From: an uncultured Candidatus Woesearchaeota archaeon
Lineage (GTDB): Archaea > Nanobdellota > Nanobdellia > Woesearchaeales > UBA525
Direction of reading: 5' to 3'
DNA: 64,000 nt
NCBI GenBank assembly: GCA_963724455.1
Contig: CAVRUV010000022.1
Location: 2,821 to 66,820, forward strand
A program made the translations under genes and the position numbers. Position 1 is the first letter of the stretch, and each line of letters starts with the position of its first letter. The notes under the pieces are model-generated. The model was not told where the DNA came from and searched no databases. It saw only the letters and a list, made by a program, of their open reading frames with translations. Below, piece by piece: positions 56,329-64,000 of the stretch.

Positions 56329-57375
56329 TTAATCTCGTAAATCTTTTTTTGTAAGTTGAATGAATACTTCTTCGAGTGACGGTTCGCGTAAACGTATTTC
56401 TTCAATTTCAATTCTACGCTTGTGGAAGAAATCGCTGATGCGATAAAACATTTTTTCTTTGTGCTGTGTTATGATGAGTATTTTACGTTCGTGATCATGA
56501 TGTTCTACTCTAGTAACTCCAGGTATCTTTCGTATATCTGCAAGAAGTTCTTTACTTGGTGAATCTATCATTACTTCAAAAGTATGGCCGTCGCTAATCA
56601 TGTGTTTTAGCTCATCGCTTGTTCCGTCTGCGATAATTTTTCCTTTGTCCATGATGACTATTCTATCGCAGATTTTTTCTGCTTCTTCCATATCGTGTGT
56701 TGTGTAGATTATAGTCATACCTTCAGAATTTAATTTTTGAGTAATTTCACGCATAGCGATTCTACTTTGTGGATCAAGGCCTGTTGTTGGTTCATCCATG
56801 AAAAGAATTTTAGGATTTGAAATGATGCTTGTAGCAAGCGATAATCGTTGTTTCATTCCGCCGGAAAATACTCCTGCAATTCTATCTTTGTGCTCATAGA
56901 GTGAGACATGTTTTAGAAGATATTCGGAGCGCTCTTTAATCTCTTTATCACTCATGCCGTATAGTTGTCCGATATACTCAAGGTTTTCTTGTGCAGTAAG
57001 TTCTGGAAATAGCGCAAATGTTTGTGGAACAACGCCGATTGCGCTTCTGATTTTTACTCCTTCTTTTACAAGATCATGATTAGAAACAATTGCAGTTCCA
57101 GAAGTTGGTTTGATAAGCGTTGTGAGCATGCTAATGGTTGTAGTTTTTCCTGCGCCATTAGGGCCTAGAAAACCGAAAATTTCGCCTTCTCGAATGACTA
57201 GATTCATATTATCGACTGCAGTGAACTTGCCAAAACGTTTAGAGAGATTTTTTATTTCGATAATATTACGTTTGCTTGTCGTTTTATCCACATCACACCA
57301 CTTATCAGGGTGCCCTTTAGGGTTATATAAACTTACTGCAATATGAGCTTCTTTGTTAAAAAATAATTTATACAA
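56329..57375 (-). CDS. ABC transporter ATP-binding protein
   Basis: Walker A GPNGAGKTTT, signature FSGGMKQRL, Walker B LFMDEPTTGLD, H-loop TTHDM. Confidence 0.9.
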   Translation of the reverse strand: MYKLFFNKEAHIAVSLYNPKGHPDKWCDVDKTTSKRNIIEIKNLSKRFGKFTAVDNMNLVIREGEIFGFLGPNGAGKTTTISMLTTLIKPTSGTAIVSNHDLVKEGVKIRSAIGVVPQTFALFPELTAQENLEYIGQLYGMSDKEIKERSEYLLKHVSLYEHKDRIAGVFSGGMKQRLSLATSIISNPKILFMDEPTTGLDPQSRIAMREITQKLNSEGMTIIYTTHDMEEAEKICDRIVIMDKGKIIADGTSDELKHMISDGHTFEVMIDSPSKELLADIRKIPGVTRVEHHDHERKILIITQHKEKMFYRISDFFHKRRIEIEEIRLREPSLEEVFIQLTKKDLRD

Positions 57376-57479
57376 AAATGTGTGAAAATGACAAACTAAA
57401 AAATAAAACTAATAAAAAATTAAACTATAGAAAAATAAAAAATTGAAGATAAAAAAAGAAGTTAAAATAAAAAAGAAGT

Positions 57480-59624
57480 TTATTTGATAATCGGTGTCGT
57501 TAGACGAATGTTCTGGTTAATTGCGAGCGTTGTAGTTATTGTTCCGCCGCATACGCATTTTCCCCCGTTTGCATTCATTTTTGCTTGACAATTATCAAAC
57601 GTGTCGCTGCAATATACTTGCGCACCTGTTGCATCCGTACATACATTACGTAGCTCAGTACATGTTGGTGGCGGGTTTACCCATCCGCATTCACACTTGC
57701 TGAATTGTTTCAGGCATGCATCGAGTGTATTATCGCAGCGTATCTTCGTAACTGCAATTGCAGTATCTGAGTAACATGTTTGCGATTTTTCAGTACAGCT
57801 TGGTGGTTGTGCGCAAGCACGTTCAGTACATATGACTCTTCCGTTCTCGCTACATGAGCACTTATTGCATCCGTCGTTTGCTGCAAACGAATCACCGACA
57901 TTATATTTGTGGTCGTTATATACACATGTTACATCGCAGCTATTGCTACCACAGTATGCTTTTCCGTCCCTACATACGCAGGTGTTGCAACCATCTGTTG
58001 CTTTGAATTGTTCACCTTGCTTGTAGGTTTGGTCATTATAGCTGCAATCTCCTTGCGGTATTGGCACGCCACACGAACAAGTTTGTTTGTACTTCTCATT
58101 GCAGTATGCAAATGTGCCCGGGCATATTTTTTCATTGCCCGCTTCATCTAAGCAAGCATTGCGCGTCTCTTTACAGTCTGCTGTTTGTGCGCAAGTATTT
58201 TTTGTACAAGTTACTCCGTCACCAGTGCATTTACATCGATTGCAGTTATCTCCTGCTGAGAATGATTCACCGAGCTTATAGGTCTGATCTTTGTAGACGC
58301 AGGTTTTTGTATCGGGTGGAACTCCGCCGCAAGTACAACGCTGATATTTTGCAACGCATTCTTCATAGGTGCCTTCGCACTTTACAGATTGCTGTGCAAT
58401 TACTGCAACTGCTGTTTGTATTTGCGGTGTTGGTGGATAACACATGTTGCGTGTTTCTTCGCACGTTTTAGGTGGAGGAATTCCGCAAACACATTTTCCG
58501 CCCGCTTCTTGATAGCGTTTGGCGCAATCTTCATACTTGCCTTCACATTTTATAGTTTCTGTTGTTAAAGATGCAGCTGCAATTGATGCAGTTGCAGGTT
58601 TTTGCAAGTAACATAGATGTACTGTTTGTTGACAGGAACTATCTTGAGGTGGAATGCCGCAAGTGCATGAATTTCTATATTTATCATTACAGGATGCAAG
58701 TGTTCCTTCACAAACTACTGGTTTTTGTGTTGCAGGGTCTAAGCATTGGTTGCTTTTTTCTTCACATAGATTCTTGAAGCAACCGATTACTTTACAGCTC
58801 TCTCCGAATTTTGCAACGCATCTAGGTAGTGGTGCTGGGCAGACAAAACTTCCCCCTTGAGGATATTGGCATAATACTGTGTTGCATGGATTGCAACTGT
58901 TGTCATCTGATCCGCCGGAATTTGTTTGTCCTGCAGGATTGTTGTTGCCATTATCATTATTGCCGCCTTGGTTGTTAGAACCTGATGTGCGAACGCATCT
59001 GCAGTTTTCTTTTCCGAATTTTTCAAGACATGCTTTCTCGTCGGCTTTTGAACAGACTGTTTCTTTGCCATCTTTTTTGCAAGTCAAAGATTCTCTTTCA
59101 TTGCAACTGATAGTAGTATCATTTGTACTGTTATTTGTATTTTCATTTGTTGGAGTAGTTGGGGTATCGGTAGTTGATGTTCCATTAAATGGTACATCTT
59201 GTGGTTTGCCGCATCTGCATTGTCCGTATTTTGCAACGCAATCAGTAAAGCTACCTTCACATAAAATCTTTCCTTCAGCGCCAAAGCAAGTATTCACTTT
59301 TTCTTCGCAAGTATTTGCTGCATCTTTTATGTCGTTATTGTTGCCGGTGATTGCCCACCATATTCTTTTGAAAAATCCTGGTGGATTTGTTGGTGGTGTA
59401 TTTGAGCCATCGCCATTTTTTGGAGTACAATAACTATCTTGACAAGTACTGCCTGCACAACAAGTGTCTATTGGTGCACCTGCAGCATCTTTGCTGAGTT
59501 CGCATGCTTTCCAATCTGGTGTACATGATGTTGTTGCTGCGTGAGTAGTTGTGCTCATTACAGCCAGTAGTGTTAGTAAAATAAAACAGAATAGTATATT
59601 GTGTATTCTAAGATGTTTATCCAT
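57480..59624 (-). CDS. Secreted cysteine-rich modular protein (714 aa) with VWC-like modules
   Basis: Signal peptide (ILLTLLAVMSTTTHA). About eight copies of a C.E.(R/S)N.C...C.G(T/K).(E/A).C..K(Y/F)...C.CG.PP module. Three tandem C.Y.D..Y..G(E/D).F.A.D.CN.C.C...G...C....C modules. Confidence 0.8.
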   Translation of the reverse strand: MDKHLRIHNILFCFILLTLLAVMSTTTHAATTSCTPDWKACELSKDAAGAPIDTCCAGSTCQDSYCTPKNGDGSNTPPTNPPGFFKRIWWAITGNNNDIKDAANTCEEKVNTCFGAEGKILCEGSFTDCVAKYGQCRCGKPQDVPFNGTSTTDTPTTPTNENTNNSTNDTTISCNERESLTCKKDGKETVCSKADEKACLEKFGKENCRCVRTSGSNNQGGNNDNGNNNPAGQTNSGGSDDNSCNPCNTVLCQYPQGGSFVCPAPLPRCVAKFGESCKVIGCFKNLCEEKSNQCLDPATQKPVVCEGTLASCNDKYRNSCTCGIPPQDSSCQQTVHLCYLQKPATASIAAASLTTETIKCEGKYEDCAKRYQEAGGKCVCGIPPPKTCEETRNMCYPPTPQIQTAVAVIAQQSVKCEGTYEECVAKYQRCTCGGVPPDTKTCVYKDQTYKLGESFSAGDNCNRCKCTGDGVTCTKNTCAQTADCKETRNACLDEAGNEKICPGTFAYCNEKYKQTCSCGVPIPQGDCSYNDQTYKQGEQFKATDGCNTCVCRDGKAYCGSNSCDVTCVYNDHKYNVGDSFAANDGCNKCSCSENGRVICTERACAQPPSCTEKSQTCYSDTAIAVTKIRCDNTLDACLKQFSKCECGWVNPPPTCTELRNVCTDATGAQVYCSDTFDNCQAKMNANGGKCVCGGTITTTLAINQNIRLTTPIIK

Positions 59625-59837
59625 GAAATGCCCCCAATTACTATGGGTCTAGTTGTTGTCATTTATTAGTCTTTCTAGTCGAAATAACCAATATGGAGTC
59701 ATATCTTTAGAGGTCTATCTTTTGTGATAAGTAATTTATTCTCAATGATTAATTGTTGAATAAAAGTTTTTGAAAAAATCTGTTAGAAAAAAGATAAAAA
59801 TTTGAAAATAAAAAAATGAATAAACAAGAAAGTAGAC

Positions 59838-60275
59838 TTACTTTCTTGCTTTTTCGATCTTACCGCGTCTTAATGCGTTGATGCTCTGATCGTTTACCTT
59901 GATTGCTTGCCAACGAATACCTGGGATATCGCCTTTTGCTCTTCCCATTTTACCGCCGATGCACTCAACGAGAACTTCATCGTGCTCGTCTACGAGCTTT
60001 GTTGCTCCATCGCCTGGTAAGAAGACTGTAATCTGCTTGCCGTTCTTGATAAGCTGTACACGCGCACACTTTCTAAGACCGGAGTTTGGCTGCTTTGCTT
60101 CACGTTGTACTTTTTCGAGAACGATTGCACGTGCTTGGCTTGCTCCCTCGAGTGGATCACTCTTGATCTTAAGGCCGAGGGTCTTTTTAGCGTACCATTT
60201 GTACATTTTTTTACTCGTTGCTCTACGGGATTGTAATTTTTTAGCTGCATTGATGCCTGATGCTTTTTTCGACAT
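59838..60275 (-). CDS. rps12: Ribosomal protein S12 (uS12)
   Basis: [53 protein letters not shown]... Confidence 0.95.
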   Translation of the reverse strand: MSKKASGINAAKKLQSRRATSKKMYKWYAKKTLGLKIKSDPLEGASQARAIVLEKVQREAKQPNSGLRKCARVQLIKNGKQITVFLPGDGATKLVDEHDEVLVECIGGKMGRAKGDIPGIRWQAIKVNDQSINALRRGKIEKARK

Positions 60276-60367
60276 AGAGTATTCACCTGAATATAGTAGA
60301 GCAACCGCGAGGTCTTTTTAAAGGTTTCTGTAGGTATGAGTGGTATTCTCCTCTATTTATTGTAATC

Positions 60368-61357
60368 TTACCAATCTGCAGTAAAAGAGGTCTCGTCTTT
60401 TGGGGGCGATGTAGGCGGTGTCGGACTGCTCTCAAAGAGTTTACCTAGCTTTCCTGGAGTTCCCATTACCCAATTAAGAGAATTGCCTACAACGTGTACT
60501 GGTCCTTCGATATGCACTTCTAATGGCGCTGTTGCCACAGTACTTCCACATTTTGCGCTCATTACTCCTGTAATATCAAGGCCGAATGGGATGTTACCTG
60601 GTACGAGCATTGTGTAGTTGAGTGTGTATGGATATTCTGGCCCAAAAGATCCTAATTTGTAATGGCTGCCAAGAATTGGTGCATCTAAATCAAGACTTAT
60701 ATTTACAGAGTCATTGAATCCTGGACTAGCAGTGATAACAATTACATAAGGAATATTCTCTCCTTTAGGAACTGTTATTGTTTGCGGCGTTACACTAATT
60801 GCGCAAAGCGCACTACTTGAACCTAAAGATATGTTTGTATTGTTGCTATCTGCTGCATTATCTGCAGTGAATGTTCCTGTAATTTTTTCATATGTGAATT
60901 GCACATCTTCGTATAATGGAGCGCTCTTATTTTCTTTGTACTCTTTTATATCTACAATATTTGCGTTATCGAGAGTTATTGTATAGATTCCTTTTTTTCC
61001 AGTTTTAATTGGGAAGAAAATTATTACTTTTGTTAATCGCTCATTTGTTGTTATTGCACTGAGTATTTTTGGCGTATTCTTATCGACTTCTTTTGTAATT
61101 GAAAGTGGTGAGTGTTTTATTTTTCCAGTTGATAATCCGGATGATGCGTCCGTTGGAGAAGATATCTGTTGCATGAATTCATCAATCGGAATTGGTGCTG
61201 CGTTATTAGCAATCACTCCCTGTTTAACTGCAGTCATTGTCAATATTGGTTCTTTTAGTGTGTTGCTATCTAGTGATCCTGTATCGGTTTTTGTACATGC
61301 AGTTATACTTATGATAAGAATAAAAAAGAAAAATAAGAAAATTGGAGTTCGGCTCAT
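60368..61357 (-). CDS. Lipoprotein-like Hcp-family domain fused to a C-terminal beta-rich domain
   Basis: Leader MSRTPIFLFFFFILIISITAC. Hcp-like core SSGLSTGKIKHSPLSITKEVDKNTPKILSAITTNERLTKVIIFF, YTITLDNANIVDI, EDVQFTYEKITGTF. A ~150-aa extra domain follows. Confidence 0.7.
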   Translation of the reverse strand: MSRTPIFLFFFFILIISITACTKTDTGSLDSNTLKEPILTMTAVKQGVIANNAAPIPIDEFMQQISSPTDASSGLSTGKIKHSPLSITKEVDKNTPKILSAITTNERLTKVIIFFPIKTGKKGIYTITLDNANIVDIKEYKENKSAPLYEDVQFTYEKITGTFTADNAADSNNTNISLGSSSALCAISVTPQTITVPKGENIPYVIVITASPGFNDSVNISLDLDAPILGSHYKLGSFGPEYPYTLNYTMLVPGNIPFGLDITGVMSAKCGSTVATAPLEVHIEGPVHVVGNSLNWVMGTPGKLGKLFESSPTPPTSPPKDETSFTADW

Positions 61358-61387
61358 GAAGTGATCCTCGATTGAGACTCTCTCTTC

Positions 61388-61936
61388 TTATGCTACCGTT
61401 TCCCAATCATCACTTGCTGTTGTTGCACCAGGTAAGTAATCCCATTGGATTTTTTGGTAAGTAAAACTCACAGTATCGGTTGGTGTTGTGCTTGGTGCAC
61501 CATTTACAGAAGGAAATTCTGTCTTAATATTAGATATGTGTGCGTTAGTTAACGTGACTTTGAAATAATTCTCTTCAGTACCAGTTCCTCCTGATGAAGG
61601 TCTTGTGAATATTAATGTAACAGTAGGCAGATTTTCATTAGTAACAAGAGCTTGGTATAGTTGCGGTGTTGAAACATCGACGGATTTTGTAATGGATAAT
61701 GCTTTATGCTGGCGTTTTCCAGTGGCTAGACCTGAAGCTGCATCTCTTGGAGAATTTATTTCGTGTGAGTATCCATATGCTACAATCTCGCCAGGATGAG
61801 CTTTTGCTGTTGAGCCGCCTTTGAGCTTGCCTTGCTTTTGAGCATTAATTGAGACAAAGATCTCTGCGCTAACTAAGCTCGAGACCATGATTGCGATGAG
61901 AATGAAACTGAATATTTTTAATCCGCTTGTGTTCAT
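61388..61936 (-). CDS. Secreted Hcp-family (T6SS tube protein-like) protein
   Basis: Leader MNTSGLKIFSFILIAIMVSSLVSA. Core GEIVAYGYSHEINSP, ASGLATGKRQHKALSITKSVDVSTPQLYQALVTNENLPTVTLIFTR, NYFKVTLTNAHISNI, DTVSFTYQKIQWDY tracks Hcp1-family blocks. Confidence 0.75.
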   Translation of the reverse strand: MNTSGLKIFSFILIAIMVSSLVSAEIFVSINAQKQGKLKGGSTAKAHPGEIVAYGYSHEINSPRDAASGLATGKRQHKALSITKSVDVSTPQLYQALVTNENLPTVTLIFTRPSSGGTGTEENYFKVTLTNAHISNIKTEFPSVNGAPSTTPTDTVSFTYQKIQWDYLPGATTASDDWETVA

Positions 61937-62060
61937 AAAAATCCACCCTTGACGATTTTATATGTTATCTATAAAAAAGTATTCCTTAATGATTATGAAA
62001 AAAAATAGTATAATAAAAATAATAAAAATAGAATGAAAAGAAAGGATTATGCTCAAGATT

Positions 62061-64000
62061 TTATTTCTTGAACTTGCGTACCAAGTACCATCCAAGTCCT
62101 ATCACAATTAATGCTATGAGTATCCATAACATCATTAGTGATGAACTTCCGCCACCAGTTACTGCACCAGTAAGGTCGTTACCTGCTGGTTTATCACCGG
62201 TTGTGTTTTGTGGAGGAGTTGTTGTTCCGCCATTGCCTTCAACATTGTTGCCGCCATCACCGCTAATAGTTGTATCTACAGGTGGTTTTTCATTGTTTGG
62301 TGGTGGGGTGGTTGGAGGTGGTATGTTTGATTTTACACAGAAAGTGCCTTCACGAACATATCCTTCAGCGCAAGTTCCAGCAGTTAATCCGCCGCCAGCT
62401 CCTGCTCCTGATCTACCACCGCAACTCTTTGTGCATACGCCGCCGCAATCAACACCTTGTTCATTTTGGTTCTTAACTCCATCAGAGCAAGTTTGTTGTG
62501 GGTTATTGTTGCATTGGTTGTCGTAGAAGTAACCGCCGCATACTCCGCCGCAGTCAATTCCGGTTTCATTCAAGCTTGTGTCTTTTTGTCCGTTGTAGCA
62601 TGTTGCAGTATCGCTATCTACTCCATAAACATAGACTGTATCAATTGTGCTTGCAACAATATTGTATAGTGTTCCTCTACTATTGTTGGTTACTTTTTGT
62701 AATTCTATGTCTAGGAAATCACTACCTCTATTTGCTACCCAAATAGGTGTACCATCTGCTTTGAATGCATGCACGCCATCATTTCTTGTTCCAATGATGA
62801 AGTCGTTATGTGCATCGCCATCAACATCACCAACTGCAAGAAGGTTAATTTCGCGGGCGTAATTGTTGCCAGTGTTGTAGTTATATGGTATAGATTCAGG
62901 GTTCTGTCCAATATATGGCTTCATAAGAACAATATTACCGTTCTTATCGAGCACATAGATTGTGTCGTGATTCACACCATCAGTAACTGCAACTATCTTA
63001 CCAGCACCTAGGTCTCCTAGTGCTATATCTACTGGGATTTCGTAGTTAGTTTGTGTAAACCATACTGGATTCAGGTAGTTACCATCGCTGTTGTGTGCAA
63101 ATTTGTACATGACAAGGCCATATCCGTTTTGTTTTATGCCTGCTACAATTTCTGCTTTTCCGTCGCCATCAACATCACCGACTTTTACACTCTGACCATA
63201 TACTTCTTCATATGTGATTTCAGAGTAGTCTACTCCTGAAAATACACGTAGTGGTTCTCTATTTGTGTCAATTGATACAATATCAAGCGTTCCATCGCCA
63301 TTGATATCTCCAATTGCTACATTGCTTGAACCATAAACTTCAAAGTTGTGTAGCTCGTCAAGATATGGTATCTTGTCGCTGTTTTCTTTAACTTTAAACA
63401 CATATAATCCGTTAGTAGTTCCTACGATTATTTCATTAAAGCCATCTTTATCTAGATCGGCTAATTTGATTGCTGTAACTGGACCATTCAAATCACAGCT
63501 ACCGCCACTATTAACAATGTAATTCCCATTCTTATCAAAAACTGTAATGCCTGTGCATTCACCATCATCGTTTGCAATGACCACTTCATTGCCCGGGTAG
63601 TAATAATCTGTACTACTGTTTCCATCATAGACATTTCCGATAGCTGTTCGTTGGCCGTAACCGGGTGTATCCCAGTAATTCCATAGTTGGCTTCCGCTAC
63701 TTCCATCAAATGCTATTGTGGATTCAGAGTCATCGTTATATGCATCGTACGATGTTTGTACCACTACATCATCAAGATTTCCTTCACCAGTTAGTTTTCC
63801 TACGAAAACATCTGCAATAGAGAATACTCTTTCACTCCATAGTTCATATGGTGCTCTACTAAATGTTGCTAGAGTCATATCTGCACCGTAATTGTCTTGG
63901 TTATCTATTTCTGTGCAGAATGTGCTTTGATGATTTGTACATAGAAGTTCTGGGAAGCTCCATGGTGTTCCTATTGGAGTCTCTAGTGTTCCAAATCCTG
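62061..64000 (-). CDS. FG-GAP/VCBS-repeat (integrin-alpha-like beta-propeller) surface protein, C-terminal TM anchor; N-terminus beyond the window
   Basis: Repeats ADLDKDGFNEIIVG, GDINGDGTLDIV, GDVDGDGKAEIV, GDVDGDAHNDFIIG; G(I/V)DCGGVC Cys motifs; P/T/G linker; TM plus RKFKK. The reading frame stays open from 63878 to 64000, so the track start is an internal Met. Confidence 0.8.
   Translation of the reverse strand, partial: GFGTLETPIGTPWSFPELLCTNHQSTFCTEIDNQDNYGADMTLATFSRAPYELWSERVFSIADVFVGKLTGEGNLDDVVVQTSYDAYNDDSESTIAFDGSSGSQLWNYWDTPGYGQRTAIGNVYDGNSSTDYYYPGNEVVIANDDGECTGITVFDKNGNYIVNSGGSCDLNGPVTAIKLADLDKDGFNEIIVGTTNGLYVFKVKENSDKIPYLDELHNFEVYGSSNVAIGDINGDGTLDIVSIDTNREPLRVFSGVDYSEITYEEVYGQSVKVGDVDGDGKAEIVAGIKQNGYGLVMYKFAHNSDGNYLNPVWFTQTNYEIPVDIALGDLGAGKIVAVTDGVNHDTIYVLDKNGNIVLMKPYIGQNPESIPYNYNTGNNYAREINLLAVGDVDGDAHNDFIIGTRNDGVHAFKADGTPIWVANRGSDFLDIELQKVTNNSRGTLYNIVASTIDTVYVYGVDSDTATCYNGQKDTSLNETGIDCGGVCGGYFYDNQCNNNPQQTCSDGVKNQNEQGVDCGGVCTKSCGGRSGAGAGGGLTAGTCAEGYVREGTFCVKSNIPPPTTPPPNNEKPPVDTTISGDGGNNVEGNGGTTTPPQNTTGDKPAGNDLTGAVTGGGSSSLMMLWILIALIVIGLGWYLVRKFKK

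Noticed and set aside
1-64000. Search for CRISPR arrays, cas genes, rRNA, IS transposases, integrases, prophage genes or recognisable defence systems
   Set aside because: None were seen. There are no regularly spaced repeats, no rRNA-like conserved stretches, no DDE/tyrosine-recombinase motifs and no capsid or terminase-like ORFs. The only mobility hints are the tRNA 3'-end repeats.

Overview
AT-rich archaeal chromosomal segment. Archaeal identity rests on the thermosome, Spt5/NusG, SecE, RpoL and ribosomal proteins L11, S19e, L39e, L31e, L15e and S12, plus the ftsZ-secE-nusG-rpl11 synteny, an intron-containing tRNA and TTTATAAA-type promoters. Small tightly packed genes, fragmented ribosomal operons and many secreted cysteine-rich proteins suggest a reduced, possibly DPANN-like, surface-attached lifestyle; that is inference. 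I support about 70 protein genes. Two are small genes missing from the ORF track (L39e and a DUF1931-type histone-fold protein). Two more are truncated by the window edges: the cyclophilin at the left edge is not in the ORF track at all, and the FG-GAP protein at the right edge is listed only from an internal Met. There are 5 tRNA genes and no rRNA, CRISPR, transposase or integrase. Most notable findings: (1) A family of at least five intergenic structured elements shares a conserved TCCCTC box, a conserved 10-nt hairpin loop (TGCATGAATC) and an AAG bulge, while the stems differ completely but stay fully complementary. (2) Two tandem Hcp-like (T6SS tube family) proteins carry export signals, with no T6SS genes in view, inside a surface-protein island at 51.4-64 kb that also holds an FG-GAP/VCBS protein, an ABC-2 exporter and a cysteine-rich protein with VWC-like modules. 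(3) The 3' end of tRNA-Ser is repeated four times, including two tandem minihelix-like units, and one pair of repeats brackets a hydrolase gene. (4) Three ribosomal proteins carry A/K/P/E-rich tails. All homology calls are motif recognition by eye; no searches were run, and manually derived coordinates may be off by 1-2 nt.
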